Origin: Paramoeba atlantica
Taxonomy: Eukaryota > Protista > Discosea
Length of the DNA: 64,000 nucleotides
NCBI GenBank assembly: GCA_977017575.1
Contig: CDRNVI010000045.1
Span: forward strand, 62,001 to 126,000
Direction: 5' to 3'
In this document: in pieces, positions 44,301 through 55,154 of the stretch
Layout: each line of letters starts with the position of its first letter
Position numbering within the stretch: position 1 is the first letter of the stretch
Notes under the pieces: generated by a model
Seen by the model: the letters and a program-made list of their open reading frames with translations, nothing else
Database searches by the model: none
Told to the model about the DNA's origin: nothing
Position numbers and translations under genes: made by a program

Positions 44301-44892
44301 AACTTTGTTAATCCCTGAGGAAGACTCTCCAATTGAAGTTCCCCGGTCAGATAGTTACACTGAGTACGATGCCCTCCGCATTCAAAAATAATCAAAGAAG
44401 CAGTGGTATTTTCCCAATGCATCGGGCCGCGCAGCTCAAGAGCGTTCCATTGAATCGCAGTCACTTCGCCGGATGGGTCTAAATGTACACCAGGCCATTC
44501 GCTGGCTGGGAAATCGTCCCTCCATTCAATCGGAGTGTTTAGCAGATCTTTAACCATACGAAATAAGTAAAACTCTGGAGGTAGCGTTGCGCGTGAGACT
44601 TTCCCACAGCGTGAAGTTCGTGGCTCTTCCTCAGCAGCAAGAGTACAGCAGAATCATAAAAAAATCTATGCGTTAATGAACATGGTGATGGGAGTAAAAA
44701 TGTAACCGTTTATACGCCGAGGTGGAACTCAAGCTGAGTCTAAAAAAATGTCAAAATACAAAATTCGGAAAAGGCTTACAAGCGATCGTATTACTTTCAT
44801 CGAAGTAGGCTTTCTACAATAAAAATACTGCACAACATAGGATCTTATTCCTAAATACAGTGGAGCGCTTCGCAACTATTTCCCATTTTATG

Positions 44893-45228
44893 ACTACTCC
44901 TCTTCTCATTAATTTCTATAAATGCCATTCCTAATTTTTCAGAAAAAAATTATCGATCTTCAAAAAATTATGTTTTTGAAAAAAAAACAGGAAAAACTAG
45001 GATAGAGGGGAGAACACCGCAGAAAAAATTGACCCTCAATTTCGACAAGGGCTTTGGATCTCACGCTCTGCGATAGCTTATCGCAGAAAAATAGCGTTTT
45101 TCCATCAGGCAGGATCATTAATCAGGACTTTTTGCCTAACCACTCTCATTAATTTCTATAAATATAAATATAAATATAAATTTTCTTTTTTGTTATAATT
45201 TATAGAAATTAATGAGAGGAGGAGTAGT
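44893..45228. mobile_element. MITE with 31-bp TIRs
   Basis: ACTACTCCTCTTCTCATTAATTTCTATAAAT at 44893-44923 versus 45198-45228, one mismatch. Confidence 0.75.
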
Positions 45229-45278
45229 AGTACAGAAACTTCAGTAGTACAACTTCAGCAGAAGCAGAAGCAACTGAG

Positions 45279-45875
45279 GTGTTGATCCCACCTTCGTTAT
45301 CGTTGACGGAGGCAATTTGGGAAGCGTCTCGTTTTCTGCGGTACGACACTCCTTACGGGCTCCCCTTTGTAGTTGCGTTGATGCATGGGGCGCCGGAGCT
45401 TTTGTTTCAGAATACTCTTCTTGAGTTTGTGGATATGGAATTTACGAATAAGAGCAAGCCGGAACGTTCTGATATGATAAGGCTTCTCAAGGAAACTTTC
45501 GAGTGGAATGGGGATTTGCCTATGCATATCACAAAGGCTGTGTGGCCCTCAACATAATTAATTAAGAGCAAAGAGAAAGTAAAAGATACGGAACTTGAAC
45601 TTAAAAAAGCAAAAAAGGAGTTGGAGTCCGAGTACACGGATCTCGACCCCTTTTCGATCACCGTGAAATGCATTCCTGTGGAAGTGAGCAAGGAAAGTTT
45701 TCGAACGTTTTTTTCGTCCTTCGGAACGATAGTCAAAATGACCCTTCTGTCTAACAAACATCTCGCCTTTGTTTGTTATGAAACAATCGAAGAGGCGAAA
45801 CGTGCTGAACACGCATGCCGATGCATGCAAGTGCATCTAAAAGGAAAAAGAAAAAAGCGGAAGGAACGGGATTAA
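45279..45875 (+). pseudogene. RRM-containing ORF with one in-frame TAA
   Basis: 45279-45557 and 45621-45875 share a frame across TAA 45555; SITVKCIP..FRTFFSSFGTIV...HLAFVCYETIEEAKRA. Confidence 0.5.
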
Positions 45876-46588
45876 GATTGGTAAGGAGTCAAGGGTTCGA
45901 AAGCAGATTTTTTAATAGATAAATTTTATTATTTTTCTGGGATTTTTTCCTTGCACGTTTCCTTATTTTTTTATCCACTTTTTCCGCATCATACTTTTTT
46001 TTATAAAACGCATACAATTTTTTTTAGCACGTCATGTCGATCGTAGTCATTTAGTATAGGGGTGAGAAAGTAAAAGCATGACCCTACATGTGTTTCTTTT
46101 AGTTTATTGTAAAAGTGTTGTTAAACCTCTTGTTTTCAGTGCAAAGCGCACTGCAGTTTATTGTCCTACAGAACGTTTCTTATTTTATTCGATTTCTACA
46201 CCTTCTTTAAAAATGGTATTATTTCCTATCGAGCGCTTTCTGATGAATTGGTCTGAACTGGGCCGAGTAAACAAGTGGAAATACTAGAAAACACCATTAG
46301 GTGCCAGTAGCCCCTACCGAGCTACTCCCCCTCTCATTAATAATTATAAGGCTCCAAAACTCATTAAAGGGTTCGTTTATAGAAATTTAATGAGATTATA
46401 ATTCTGAGTCTCACTTCTATAATTATAAACCTCAAATTCTTCATTTTTTATCTAGAAAGACACCTGTACGACACACTTTGCACTAAAAATTGTTTCCAAG
46501 TTGAACGAATTGTCTCGAAAATCAAGAATTACAAGTCCATAATAAGAAAAAATCACTTTTCGAATCTCATTAATAATTATAAACTATA

Positions 46589-47604
46589 CAGTAAACGTCA
46601 CTATTCTCAGAATGCTCAGTTGTACGTTGACACAGAAAAAACGGCTTTTTCGTCACTATTCTCAGAATTGGTCTGTTGAACGTTGACAGGCACTTTTTCA
46701 TGAGGTCGAATCATAATTCCCATTTTTAAAAAAGAAAACGCTTTGCAAGAAAAACGTTAGCAGTGGAGCAACAGGCCGCTTTGGGTGCACAAAAATGACC
46801 CCCAGAGATCTCCAACTATCTCATTGGTTTGCGGAGTCGCCGCTCTATCAGAAGAACACCGCGCAGTCAAACAGCGCCAGTTTTCCTTTCGTGTAATAGC
46901 GTTTTGTTTTCAGAAAAACAAAGTTTCATTATTCGTAGTCACCTAAATCAATGTTTTCTTTTCTTTTTTAGGCTCACTAACATATTTATGTGCCTTTCAT
47001 GAATGGAAGAAGAGAAGGGACAACGATCAAAATGATCTCCAGTGATCCTCTGTGATCCCCATCTATCTCCACCTACCTATAGCCCCCAGTAATAGAATCG
47101 ATTTTGGACCATAAAGGCCAAATCTTTGTTACTGGGTGGGGTATGCTTTAGGCCTTTTTCGTTCATGAGTGCGTTGATTTTCTGTCCAGCCAACCCCGAA
47201 ACCACGCGATTCGGTACTGCACAACCACCCTCTTCCCGTCCAGACACCCCCCCTCCAACAACCCTCCCGAGACAAATCCTTGTTACTGTGTGTCGGCCCA
47301 AAAATGGCGAAATCTGGGGGGTCCATTACTGGGGGGGTATACGGTATCCTCAGTGATTTCCACCGATCTCTCGCATACTCTGCAGTGAGTGAAGATGAAG
47401 CAGTGAGTTAAGCAGTGAAAGAACGAAAGAGTTTTTTTTTGCAATTCTCATTCTTGAGTGTAAAATTTAATTGAACGTTGACACATGACCGAAGCTCCAT
47501 TCTCATTTTCCAAGGTGTACTCATTTTAGCGAGTTGTACGTTGACAGACCAATTCTCGCGACTCTCAGAATGGTTCGCGACTCTCAGAATGGTGACGTTT
47601 ACTG
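46589..47604. mobile_element. Tc1/pogo-like MITE containing a nested MITE (47076-47344)
   Basis: TA|CAGTAAACGTCAC ... GTGACGTTTACTG|TA; the inner element is a copy of 6274-6546. Confidence 0.8.
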
Positions 47605-47637
47605 TAATTATAATTATAAACTAAAAAGGTTTATAGA

Positions 47638-48420
47638 TTTTTTTTTTCCAAATATATATTTATATTTTCACCCCCGCTCCTAATTGTACTTACACAAGGA
47701 AAAGAAAAATGTTTAGTTGTGCTTAATGATGCTTAGTTTACTCGGAGCGAAGTCCAGGGTATGGCCGTCCTCAGGGTGTGGGACGGCTCAGCGGCCTCCT
47801 TCCCAACGTAGGAGGGTACCAAGGGGTTGACAATGGTTACATCAACGAGGACGGTCTTCCGCCCCAGCTGAAAACTAATATCCGGACCCCGCCCGTTGTC
47901 AAACTGGGGTTCACACAGGTCCGGATTAAACCCGTGGTTTAGGAGGAGCTTCCTTAATGTTTCCTTGCCCCCTTGTGGCGGGAGGCCTGGGTTTTACCCT
48001 TAACTTTTTTGCAATCCAGTGCGTGGATGCAAAACTCCTTATTACGGAGGGTTGCTCCACACACGCACTGGAGTTCCGGTTCCGAAGTAGGCCCACCCAG
48101 ATACCGGAGGCGGGCCGCAGTTTCCCACTGCGGGTCCCGTATATAGTACTCCGGCCGGTTGGGCCAGGCATTTATCCATTTCGTGGAGTGTATATCCTGA
48201 ATCTGTCTCATGCAGACCAACTGGGTAGCAGTGGGTTCTTTCCCCATGGCCGCCTCACACAGGAGGTGGCGCTGCTCCTTCGCCGGCACCCCTGGGGGTA
48301 GACCTTGCAGGGCGTTTTTAGCCTTGGCCTGCATGTCCACGGCTTTGTGCTCGAAGAGGATGGTCCCCAGGAAGTCCGCCGTAAAAAGGTTGTTCGAAAA
48401 CGGCGTGTTTCCCAAGGAAT
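47638..48420 (-). mobile_element. 5'-truncated CRE/SLACS-like retrotransposon 3' end with A10 tail
   Basis: WINAWP, WETAARLRYL, CVCG..HALDC, SRH, GPDISFQLGRKTVLVDVTIVNP (RLE); T10 at 47638-47647 on +. Confidence 0.8.
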
Positions 48421-48500
48421 TATTATTGATCTTTTGGAGAATTGATTTCCTTTTTAGTCGCTCCTTTACTGTAAAGGAGTGTAAATTACAGTCGTTCCTC

Positions 48501-48599
48501 TAGTCGCTCCTTTACACGCGGAGGTAGTTTTCAACTCGAAACGCGCAGCAGTGCTAGCCTCTAAGTTGAAAACAACCACTGCTTATAACGAAGCGACTA
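48501..48599. repeat. solo copy of the ~105-bp palindrome
   Basis: Same 27-nt spacer and core arms as 17541-17647, with paired arm changes TAGTCGCT/AGCGACTA. Confidence 0.8.
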
Positions 48600-48620
48600 A
48601 ACATGATTACTGTTGTGTAC

Positions 48621-49379
48621 CTATACCATCGCCGTTGTATTTGAGGGAACACCGTCGGAATGCCGCACCACGGCGCCATAAATCTTATACCCAACCAGAA
48701 AACAGAGTGCTAAAATCAGCAAACACAAGGTCGTCATAAAAAATTTATCGGAGGCAAGAGAGCGGACAAACCACTGCAACTCCCGTCGCACGCGGCGTAA
48801 ATGACTTTGCATTCGATCCAGCTCTCGATCAACCTCCAGTAGTGTCTCCCGTTGCTGTTGCAGACCCTTGGCCGCCTCTATAGCGTGTTCCTCTGAACGC
48901 TGCACGAGGCATTGTGAGCGATGCAGTGAGGCGAGCGTGTCTTGCTGCACCTCCCCAGCCTGCATCAGTGTCTTCCATGCCGAGGGCTGATTCGAGGGTT
49001 GATTGACGCCAGCGGAAAGGGGTTTGATAGGGGTGATTGGTTTCGTTGGGGATGTGGATTCAGGAGGTGTCGGGCTAGAGAGCTCCACGGTGGCCGTCGA
49101 CAAAGGGGCTGCACTCCGCTCGCGGAGAAGCGTTTCGAGTTCTCGTAGTTTCTTTTGATGTTCCTGTTGTTTGGCCTCGTATTGCTTAACTCTTTTCGGG
49201 GAATCGCAGCGGTGAAGGGCAATTTGGAGTTCAATGAGCTCTGATTTAATGAATTTTCGGGCAGGCTGATAAGTGAGATAGTCAAGATTGGGTTGAACGT
49301 CTGGTGAAATTAGACTCTTTTCCCATTCTGCAAGAGCATCTGTGATACGTTTGTCGTGGTAGTCCAAATCATCTGACAT
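48621..49379 (-). CDS. Qb-SNARE, NPSN/VTI1-like
   Basis: Helical N-domain, SNARE heptads (QQDTLASLHRSQ...LQQQRETL), LASDK then a C-terminal TM segment; ATG 49379. Confidence 0.85.
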   Translation of the reverse strand: MSDDLDYHDKRITDALAEWEKSLISPDVQPNLDYLTYQPARKFIKSELIELQIALHRCDSPKRVKQYEAKQQEHQKKLRELETLLRERSAAPLSTATVELSSPTPPESTSPTKPITPIKPLSAGVNQPSNQPSAWKTLMQAGEVQQDTLASLHRSQCLVQRSEEHAIEAAKGLQQQRETLLEVDRELDRMQSHLRRVRRELQWFVRSLASDKFFMTTLCLLILALCFLVGYKIYGAVVRHSDGVPSNTTAMV

Positions 49380-49727
49380 GGGTACCACAGTAAAATGTTG
49401 AAATTCGTAAAACTTCGTATCTAACAGAACCCATGGTTCTATTGTAAAACGAAAAAATGTTCAGTTTCAAAAGTACTGTGCATCGGTCTATTCTTTTAAA
49501 TTTTAAGACACAAACTTCTGTCGCTCCATTTAATAGTGTACAGACTCAATGCATCATCAGTAAACCCTTACTCAGAGAATTTTGGTACGATCCAATGCAA
49601 ACGGGCACGTAAAAGCAATCAAATACCGGAGAACAGTCCTAGCGGGGGCCGTAGAGACTACAGCGTCATTCCACAAACGTGTTTTCCCATCGCTTTCCGG
49701 CACAAGACACAACTACACCAGTTGACC

Positions 49728-52700
49728 CTACCTTCTTTCTCCTCCATCTCTACCCTCCACACGCCGCCGCAGCAACAACTTACACCGCGCCACGAGGTGA
49801 TACAACGTCGCATGACGCGTTCCCTTTCCCCCTTCCAACAGATACCACCCCTGTTTTAACACACAAAACGGGTACCACACAAAGTGTCGTCTCCGGCTTC
49901 CGGGGTCCAGCGCCACAAACGCCAGCCGCAGCGGGGATCCTGCGGAGCAATACAGCCGCCACGGCACCGAGGCCTTTTCTCTCACCTCCGCCACCAACGC
50001 CTTCTCCACCTCCTGCCGCCGTGTCACGCAACACAACGCGGGGTGACGCTGCAGCTCTCTAAACCGCAGGCACAGCGTGGAGACGTACTCCATGTTCACA
50101 TGGTCCACGTCCTCAAAGGAGTGACGGGTGCCATCGGGCTCCACCAGCCCATACCCCACGCCATGGGGGGTGCGCTCCTCCGAGACCCGGGCATGCACCA
50201 CATGCGCCGGGCTCAGCTGGAAGGACAGCACAAAGAGGTTTTTCTCACTGTACCGTACCAGCAACTGTCCTACGGCAGCTGCCGACGAATTTCCACTCGC
50301 CTTCTGCAGCATCGCCTCGGCTTCCGCTCCACTACGACAGTGTGGGCGAAACAACGGGTGGGTCGTTGCCTTATAGGCAAACATCCGCGCTGCTCTTTTC
50401 CTCGCCTCCGCGTTCCGCCGAATCGTGGTCGGCACCCACGAGTGGTCCCGGGAGCTGCGCACGGGGCGTCGCAGGTCCCGATTCCCCCGCAGCCCCCCAC
50501 TCGGGCCTCGCCTCATCCTGTTTTCCGCCCCCTCCTCCCGCGGGGCCCGGAACGTTGCCCCCCGCAGCGCCTCCTTGTTCTCACAGCACCGCACGTCCCA
50601 CGCGAGGGTGAGCGCCAGCCTGCGGTAGTTCACCTGCAGCAGCTCCCCCTCCAGGGTGTCCCCGACCCGGAGCAGCGGCTCCTCCCGGGCCAGCCCCTCC
50701 AGCCACAGCGCCTGGGCCGCGACGTTGTCCTCCTCGGGGGAGTCCGCGAAGCTGCGGGCCGCACACAGGTGGCGCCGCGCAATCAGCCCCGGGAGCAGCC
50801 GGTTGGTTTGGGTCACGATGAGGTCCGCGCTGATGTGGAGGACCTGGCACGCGACACGCTCCCCTTGGCGAAGGACGGTGCCGGGGGGAGGGGAGGGGGT
50901 GCCTTGGACCGTGGCACGAAGGGAGAGCGTGTTGGGGTTCCCATTATTGTTGTTACTGTCACTACTGTTACTCGTGTTGGTCCCCACCGCCCCGTCTTGG
51001 GGCTGAAACGTCACACGGCACATGGACTCAAAAAAGCGGATTTGGGTGACTTTGCGGAAACTGCGGAGGTGGACGGAGCGTCGTGTGAGGTGGGTAAGTT
51101 CGTCAAGGACGAATTCGAGATCACGCCCGTGGAGGGGGGAGGAGGGCGCCATAGCGGTGAAGGAGGATAGGGAAAGGGTGGGGGAGAGTTCACGCAGGCG
51201 AGAGCGTAGTTGGGAGGGTGCTAGGGTGGCGATGTAGGGTAGTGCTTTCTGTAGATCCCACGGGGCGGTTGTCATGGTTGTTGTGGAAAATCTTGTGGAA
51301 ATCCCCTCAACAGCAGCGTCAGTGGTTGTGTCATCCGGGTGAGCGATGCGTCGCAAGATTTCAGCCACTTGAGGGTAGTGTTCGGGATGAATCCGAGTGC
51401 TATCTAAAAGAGCATGCAAAGGATCAAGGGCAGCATCGTCGTCTGTTTGCTCTTCCTGTTCCTCGTCCCGGCGTTTGATTTTTGCACCTCCAGGGTATGT
51501 ACGAATACAGGCAATGGCGTTTCTGCCAACAGTAGTTTCACCTTCGAACTGTCTCTGTAACTGTCTTCGTTTGGTCGCTATCTCGGGATTCTCCCGCAGG
51601 GCAGCACAAAACTCGCGTGTTTTCCATGGCCCGAGCCCGGAGACGAACTGAAGCACGGATTCCGGTTCCCCTGTGGCGAGCAGCTCCCCGATGCTCACCC
51701 CGGTGGCACTCACCCACAGCGATAGCATCTCATCAACCCGACGACGCAAGTCAATGCGGGGCAGCAAGTGTTGGTCCTCGTGAAGGGTTAGATCGAGAAT
51801 ATCATTTTGCGTGTTACACAGCCGCGCCATTTCATACATCGGGGAGCGCAGTCGACGGGCCAGAGCAATGGCCATACGCTCCTGGCGGCTCAGTGAGGGG
51901 AATTCCTTGTCCGCGGCGATGGAGTTGGTATAACACGTTGCCAGGTCAGTAGGGGTCCATATTACCTCGGTTGACTGGGATTGGAAGAACTCCTGCAGCG
52001 TGGCAAAGACACTTTGCGTGGTTCTGGACGAGTTGTGCGCCCCGGGCGTGAGTCCTACAGCGATTGCATGGGGGGGATACTCCTCCATGTAGCGGCTAAG
52101 CTCCTCCAGCTGCTGCTCCTTGACACGGATGGAGTATGGATTGTCCCCACGCAAGGAGGGCCAGCGCCACGTACGAATCAACAGGCCAGACTCACTGAGT
52201 TGCGCGAAAATAACAGGCTCGTGTGCTGTGGGGACGTAGACACCGAGAATACGAGGGGAGTAATCTGAGGGGTTGTCGAATGCCTCGTTAAACTCACTGC
52301 TGGGAAGGGACTCCATGGATTCCCAGTTGTATTCCCAGGTATCCTCGAGATGAGGCACCTCTACTTTTTCCGTCGGTGGTAAAGTCACTTTGTGGTAACC
52401 CCTTTCCCAGAGAATGGCTTCCATACGGCTGAGCACGCTATCCATGACGTGCCACTGTGCAATCTCCAACAGATGGGAACGCATGGTTGTGTTGAGGTGA
52501 CGTTGAATCTCGCGGATCAGTGCGGGTTGAATGGCCGTGCGTAATTCATTCCACGCACGAGAAATCTCATCGTCGTAGGGGGCTACAAAAAACGAGTCCA
52601 GACGCAACAGGTCGTTCCACGTGTTCTCGGAAAGGGTAAATCGAAAGTGGATGCTTGGATCGTGCAACAGGGAGAGCAGTCCTTCCGATTCTTTGCACAG

Positions 52701-54704
52701 ACGAGAGAAGAGTTTCCGTGCCACCCCTTTTGATCCTTTCACCTCGACGATGCCCCCTTCACATAGCTGACGCGCCACTAGAGACAACACGATCGGTTGT
52801 ACCGCAACATCCGTGACAGAATACCGCTGAAGCGCCGACAGCACATCCTGAGGCTCCGGAAGCATCGCACATGTAAACTGGGAGGCCCACTCCAGGGGCA
52901 GTATATTATGTCGGGGACACTTGTGCATATTCGTGTGCACCACCAGGTTTCGCGCGTACGCGAACCCCTCCACCGCCCACTCATGGTACGCCTCCCAGAG
53001 CTTTCCTTCCGTGATGTGTTGCATCTCCGGGAATTTCTTCATCGTAACCCACTCGACCGGGGCACTTGCTGCAGAACTTGACATCGCTCGCAGATACTCC
53101 TCCCGGAACTGCGCATAGGAGTCTAAAAACTCGATCTCATAGGGGTGACACAACGAGCACGCGAGATACACCCCGGTCTCCTGGAGGGGGAAGTCCTCCG
53201 TGTGGGTCTGTAGCAGTCGGTTCATCCGTCGTGTCGCGCGGTGAAACTGTGCGCTTAATTCCACAATATCCCACAGCACCCGCCCGAGCTGCACGGAGCA
53301 CGGACGACGTTCCACCGTGTCCTCTCTGCATTGGACGCAGTTTGTGGCGTAGCTCACGAAATACGACGTCGGAGTATCGGGGGAATTTATGTGATTTCTG
53401 TTTTTTGTTTCCGCCACAACCCCTGGAGGCTGTCGTGTGCCACAGTGCGAGCAGACCGCGTAGTCGGGATGCGTCCAGCGCTGTTCGAGGCCTTGGAAGG
53501 CGATCAGCCGGGTGTCGGATTTTAGAGGGTAGCCATGGGCAAGACGTACGAGAGGGCTGAGGGCTTGCTGTCGGTATAACATCAGAAACGCAGGTTCGAG
53601 GTGTTCAACACGAACGTGGTGGAGCACAAAGGTGAGAGCTTCGGAAAGGGAAGAACCTTCTGGGGCCTCTTCATCAAATAGGGACACATCTCGGTGGTGG
53701 CGAAGAAAGGTGAGTTCCGAGAGTTGGGCTACGATCCAGGGAATTTCTCGGTTTTGTAGTGCCGAGGCAAACATATCGGCGCCGTCATCCCCATGCTGCA
53801 CGTCAGGGATGAGATCCGGGAGTAGAATCTGAATACGCTCCGGGATGGGTACCAATAGTGCCTCCTCTCCACGTCGTTGGATCTCGAGCTCAGACTGGAG
53901 CTGTGCACGGGCTGCGACCTTTCCTTTGCTCAACTCCGGATCGTGGGGTAAAAGCAAAGGTTGGAAGAAGGAGCGCACGAGCTGTTCACCCGGAGAGGCG
54001 AGCGTGGCATCTCGATCTGCCCCATGCATGTCAGTTAGACCCAAGTCATCAATAAACATATCCTCATGGTCGCCGGAGACTCGGCCTCCCGTAGGGGCCA
54101 TGAGATCCTCTAGCTCCCGTGCAGCCTCCGCACGGAGCAGTCGCTGATCTCGTCGAATTTTGCGCGTGCGGCCGGAGGGCTCGGCTGCGCTTTCCGCCTC
54201 ACTTGAGCTGGAGGCCTGGGTAGGGGGACGGTAAAAGACAAAATGGAGAAATCCGGACTTCAACGTGTCATACTGCAGATCGGGATCAATGATTTGATCA
54301 ATCCAGTCAAGTGAAGGTGGCTCTGGGTCTTGTAATGTACTCTCGTCGCGGGGGAGATCAGTAGGAAGAGGTACTTCGGCTTCGTATTCTTCTTTGTCGA
54401 GAAGCGCAAGAGTGGTGGATATCAGATCATGATCGGTGGGTACGTGTGCTTCCAACCTTGTCGCCGGTTCGTTGCCGATAATCATTGTGTCGGGAGGACT
54501 TTGTCCAGAATTATTCACCGCAGTCATGCTGTTTCCACTCGCATCGATCGTTGATGTGCCGTTCGATTCGGCTAATTGTTCCGCGGTTAAATCGTTAGAT
54601 TGAGCGTCTATTTGGCCAACGGTTTGTTCTTGTACTTCGGAACCTTCAAGTTCAACATGAGGGACTTTAGCTTGGTGCTCCTCAGTATTTTCGAAATCTT
54701 GCAT
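49728..54704 (-). CDS. SPT6: transcription elongation factor SPT6
   Basis: YqgF-like PHAIAVG, ERMAIALARRLRSP, HhH LQFVSGLGPWK, LLDSTRIHPEHY, S1 domain, SH2-like HPLF..EAEAML..GQLLVRYS; first ATG 54704. Confidence 0.9.
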   Translation of the reverse strand: MQDFENTEEHQAKVPHVELEGSEVQEQTVGQIDAQSNDLTAEQLAESNGTSTIDASGNSMTAVNNSGQSPPDTMIIGNEPATRLEAHVPTDHDLISTTLALLDKEEYEAEVPLPTDLPRDESTLQDPEPPSLDWIDQIIDPDLQYDTLKSGFLHFVFYRPPTQASSSSEAESAAEPSGRTRKIRRDQRLLRAEAARELEDLMAPTGGRVSGDHEDMFIDDLGLTDMHGADRDATLASPGEQLVRSFFQPLLLPHDPELSKGKVAARAQLQSELEIQRRGEEALLVPIPERIQILLPDLIPDVQHGDDGADMFASALQNREIPWIVAQLSELTFLRHHRDVSLFDEEAPEGSSLSEALTFVLHHVRVEHLEPAFLMLYRQQALSPLVRLAHGYPLKSDTRLIAFQGLEQRWTHPDYAVCSHCGTRQPPGVVAETKNRNHINSPDTPTSYFVSYATNCVQCREDTVERRPCSVQLGRVLWDIVELSAQFHRATRRMNRLLQTHTEDFPLQETGVYLACSLCHPYEIEFLDSYAQFREEYLRAMSSSAASAPVEWVTMKKFPEMQHITEGKLWEAYHEWAVEGFAYARNLVVHTNMHKCPRHNILPLEWASQFTCAMLPEPQDVLSALQRYSVTDVAVQPIVLSLVARQLCEGGIVEVKGSKGVARKLFSRLCKESEGLLSLLHDPSIHFRFTLSENTWNDLLRLDSFFVAPYDDEISRAWNELRTAIQPALIREIQRHLNTTMRSHLLEIAQWHVMDSVLSRMEAILWERGYHKVTLPPTEKVEVPHLEDTWEYNWESMESLPSSEFNEAFDNPSDYSPRILGVYVPTAHEPVIFAQLSESGLLIRTWRWPSLRGDNPYSIRVKEQQLEELSRYMEEYPPHAIAVGLTPGAHNSSRTTQSVFATLQEFFQSQSTEVIWTPTDLATCYTNSIAADKEFPSLSRQERMAIALARRLRSPMYEMARLCNTQNDILDLTLHEDQHLLPRIDLRRRVDEMLSLWVSATGVSIGELLATGEPESVLQFVSGLGPWKTREFCAALRENPEIATKRRQLQRQFEGETTVGRNAIACIRTYPGGAKIKRRDEEQEEQTDDDAALDPLHALLDSTRIHPEHYPQVAEILRRIAHPDDTTTDAAVEGISTRFSTTTMTTAPWDLQKALPYIATLAPSQLRSRLRELSPTLSLSSFTAMAPSSPLHGRDLEFVLDELTHLTRRSVHLRSFRKVTQIRFFESMCRVTFQPQDGAVGTNTSNSSDSNNNNGNPNTLSLRATVQGTPSPPPGTVLRQGERVACQVLHISADLIVTQTNRLLPGLIARRHLCAARSFADSPEEDNVAAQALWLEGLAREEPLLRVGDTLEGELLQVNYRRLALTLAWDVRCCENKEALRGATFRAPREEGAENRMRRGPSGGLRGNRDLRRPVRSSRDHSWVPTTIRRNAEARKRAARMFAYKATTHPLFRPHCRSGAEAEAMLQKASGNSSAAAVGQLLVRYSEKNLFVLSFQLSPAHVVHARVSEERTPHGVGYGLVEPDGTRHSFEDVDHVNMEYVSTLCLRFRELQRHPALCCVTRRQEVEKALVAEVREKASVPWRLYCSAGSPLRLAFVALDPGSRRRHFVWYPFCVLKQGWYLLEGGKGTRHATLYHLVARCKLLLRRRVEGRDGGERR

Positions 54705-55154
54705 GAGTAATTCGTAATTAATCTGCCAAAAAATAGCAAATTGGCCTTTCACAGATGAGGTTGTACTATTGGGAATCACAAATTGTAGTAAACAAAATAC
54801 TATTATTTCTTATGTCAACAGTGATCAGTGATCGATGAAATCGGTAGGTGAGAGAACTTCACCTGTGTACATGCGCAGGTACTCAAATTGCGAGTCGGTG
54901 ATGCGAGAGCTCGAAGATTTCAAGCACCACATTGGAGCAAAAGAGTGGAACGGTCATGTAGATCGGAACACTAGTATCATTGACCTTGAAAGCTTACAGC
55001 CTACAAGCATTACATGGAACGCGACGAGCTGGTATAGTAGTGCGCCGAATCAACCAATGCGAGGCGCAAGAGAAAACACAAACATGACACTAGAACATAC
55101 TAACCGTTACCGATATTGAGTCAGTAGCTTGCTGTAAGACGTCGTAACATGGTG

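Larger units (their letters stand above)
42269..44557 (-). pseudogene. LRR gene split by two insertions
   Basis: Removing the Merlin plus one TSD and the SL-headed element restores ...LPQGLTKL|DLSKNELRGEVETTLLPRSLENLK|MEWNRFSGTFEFSKVRILNLEGN...TAA 42269. Confidence 0.85.
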
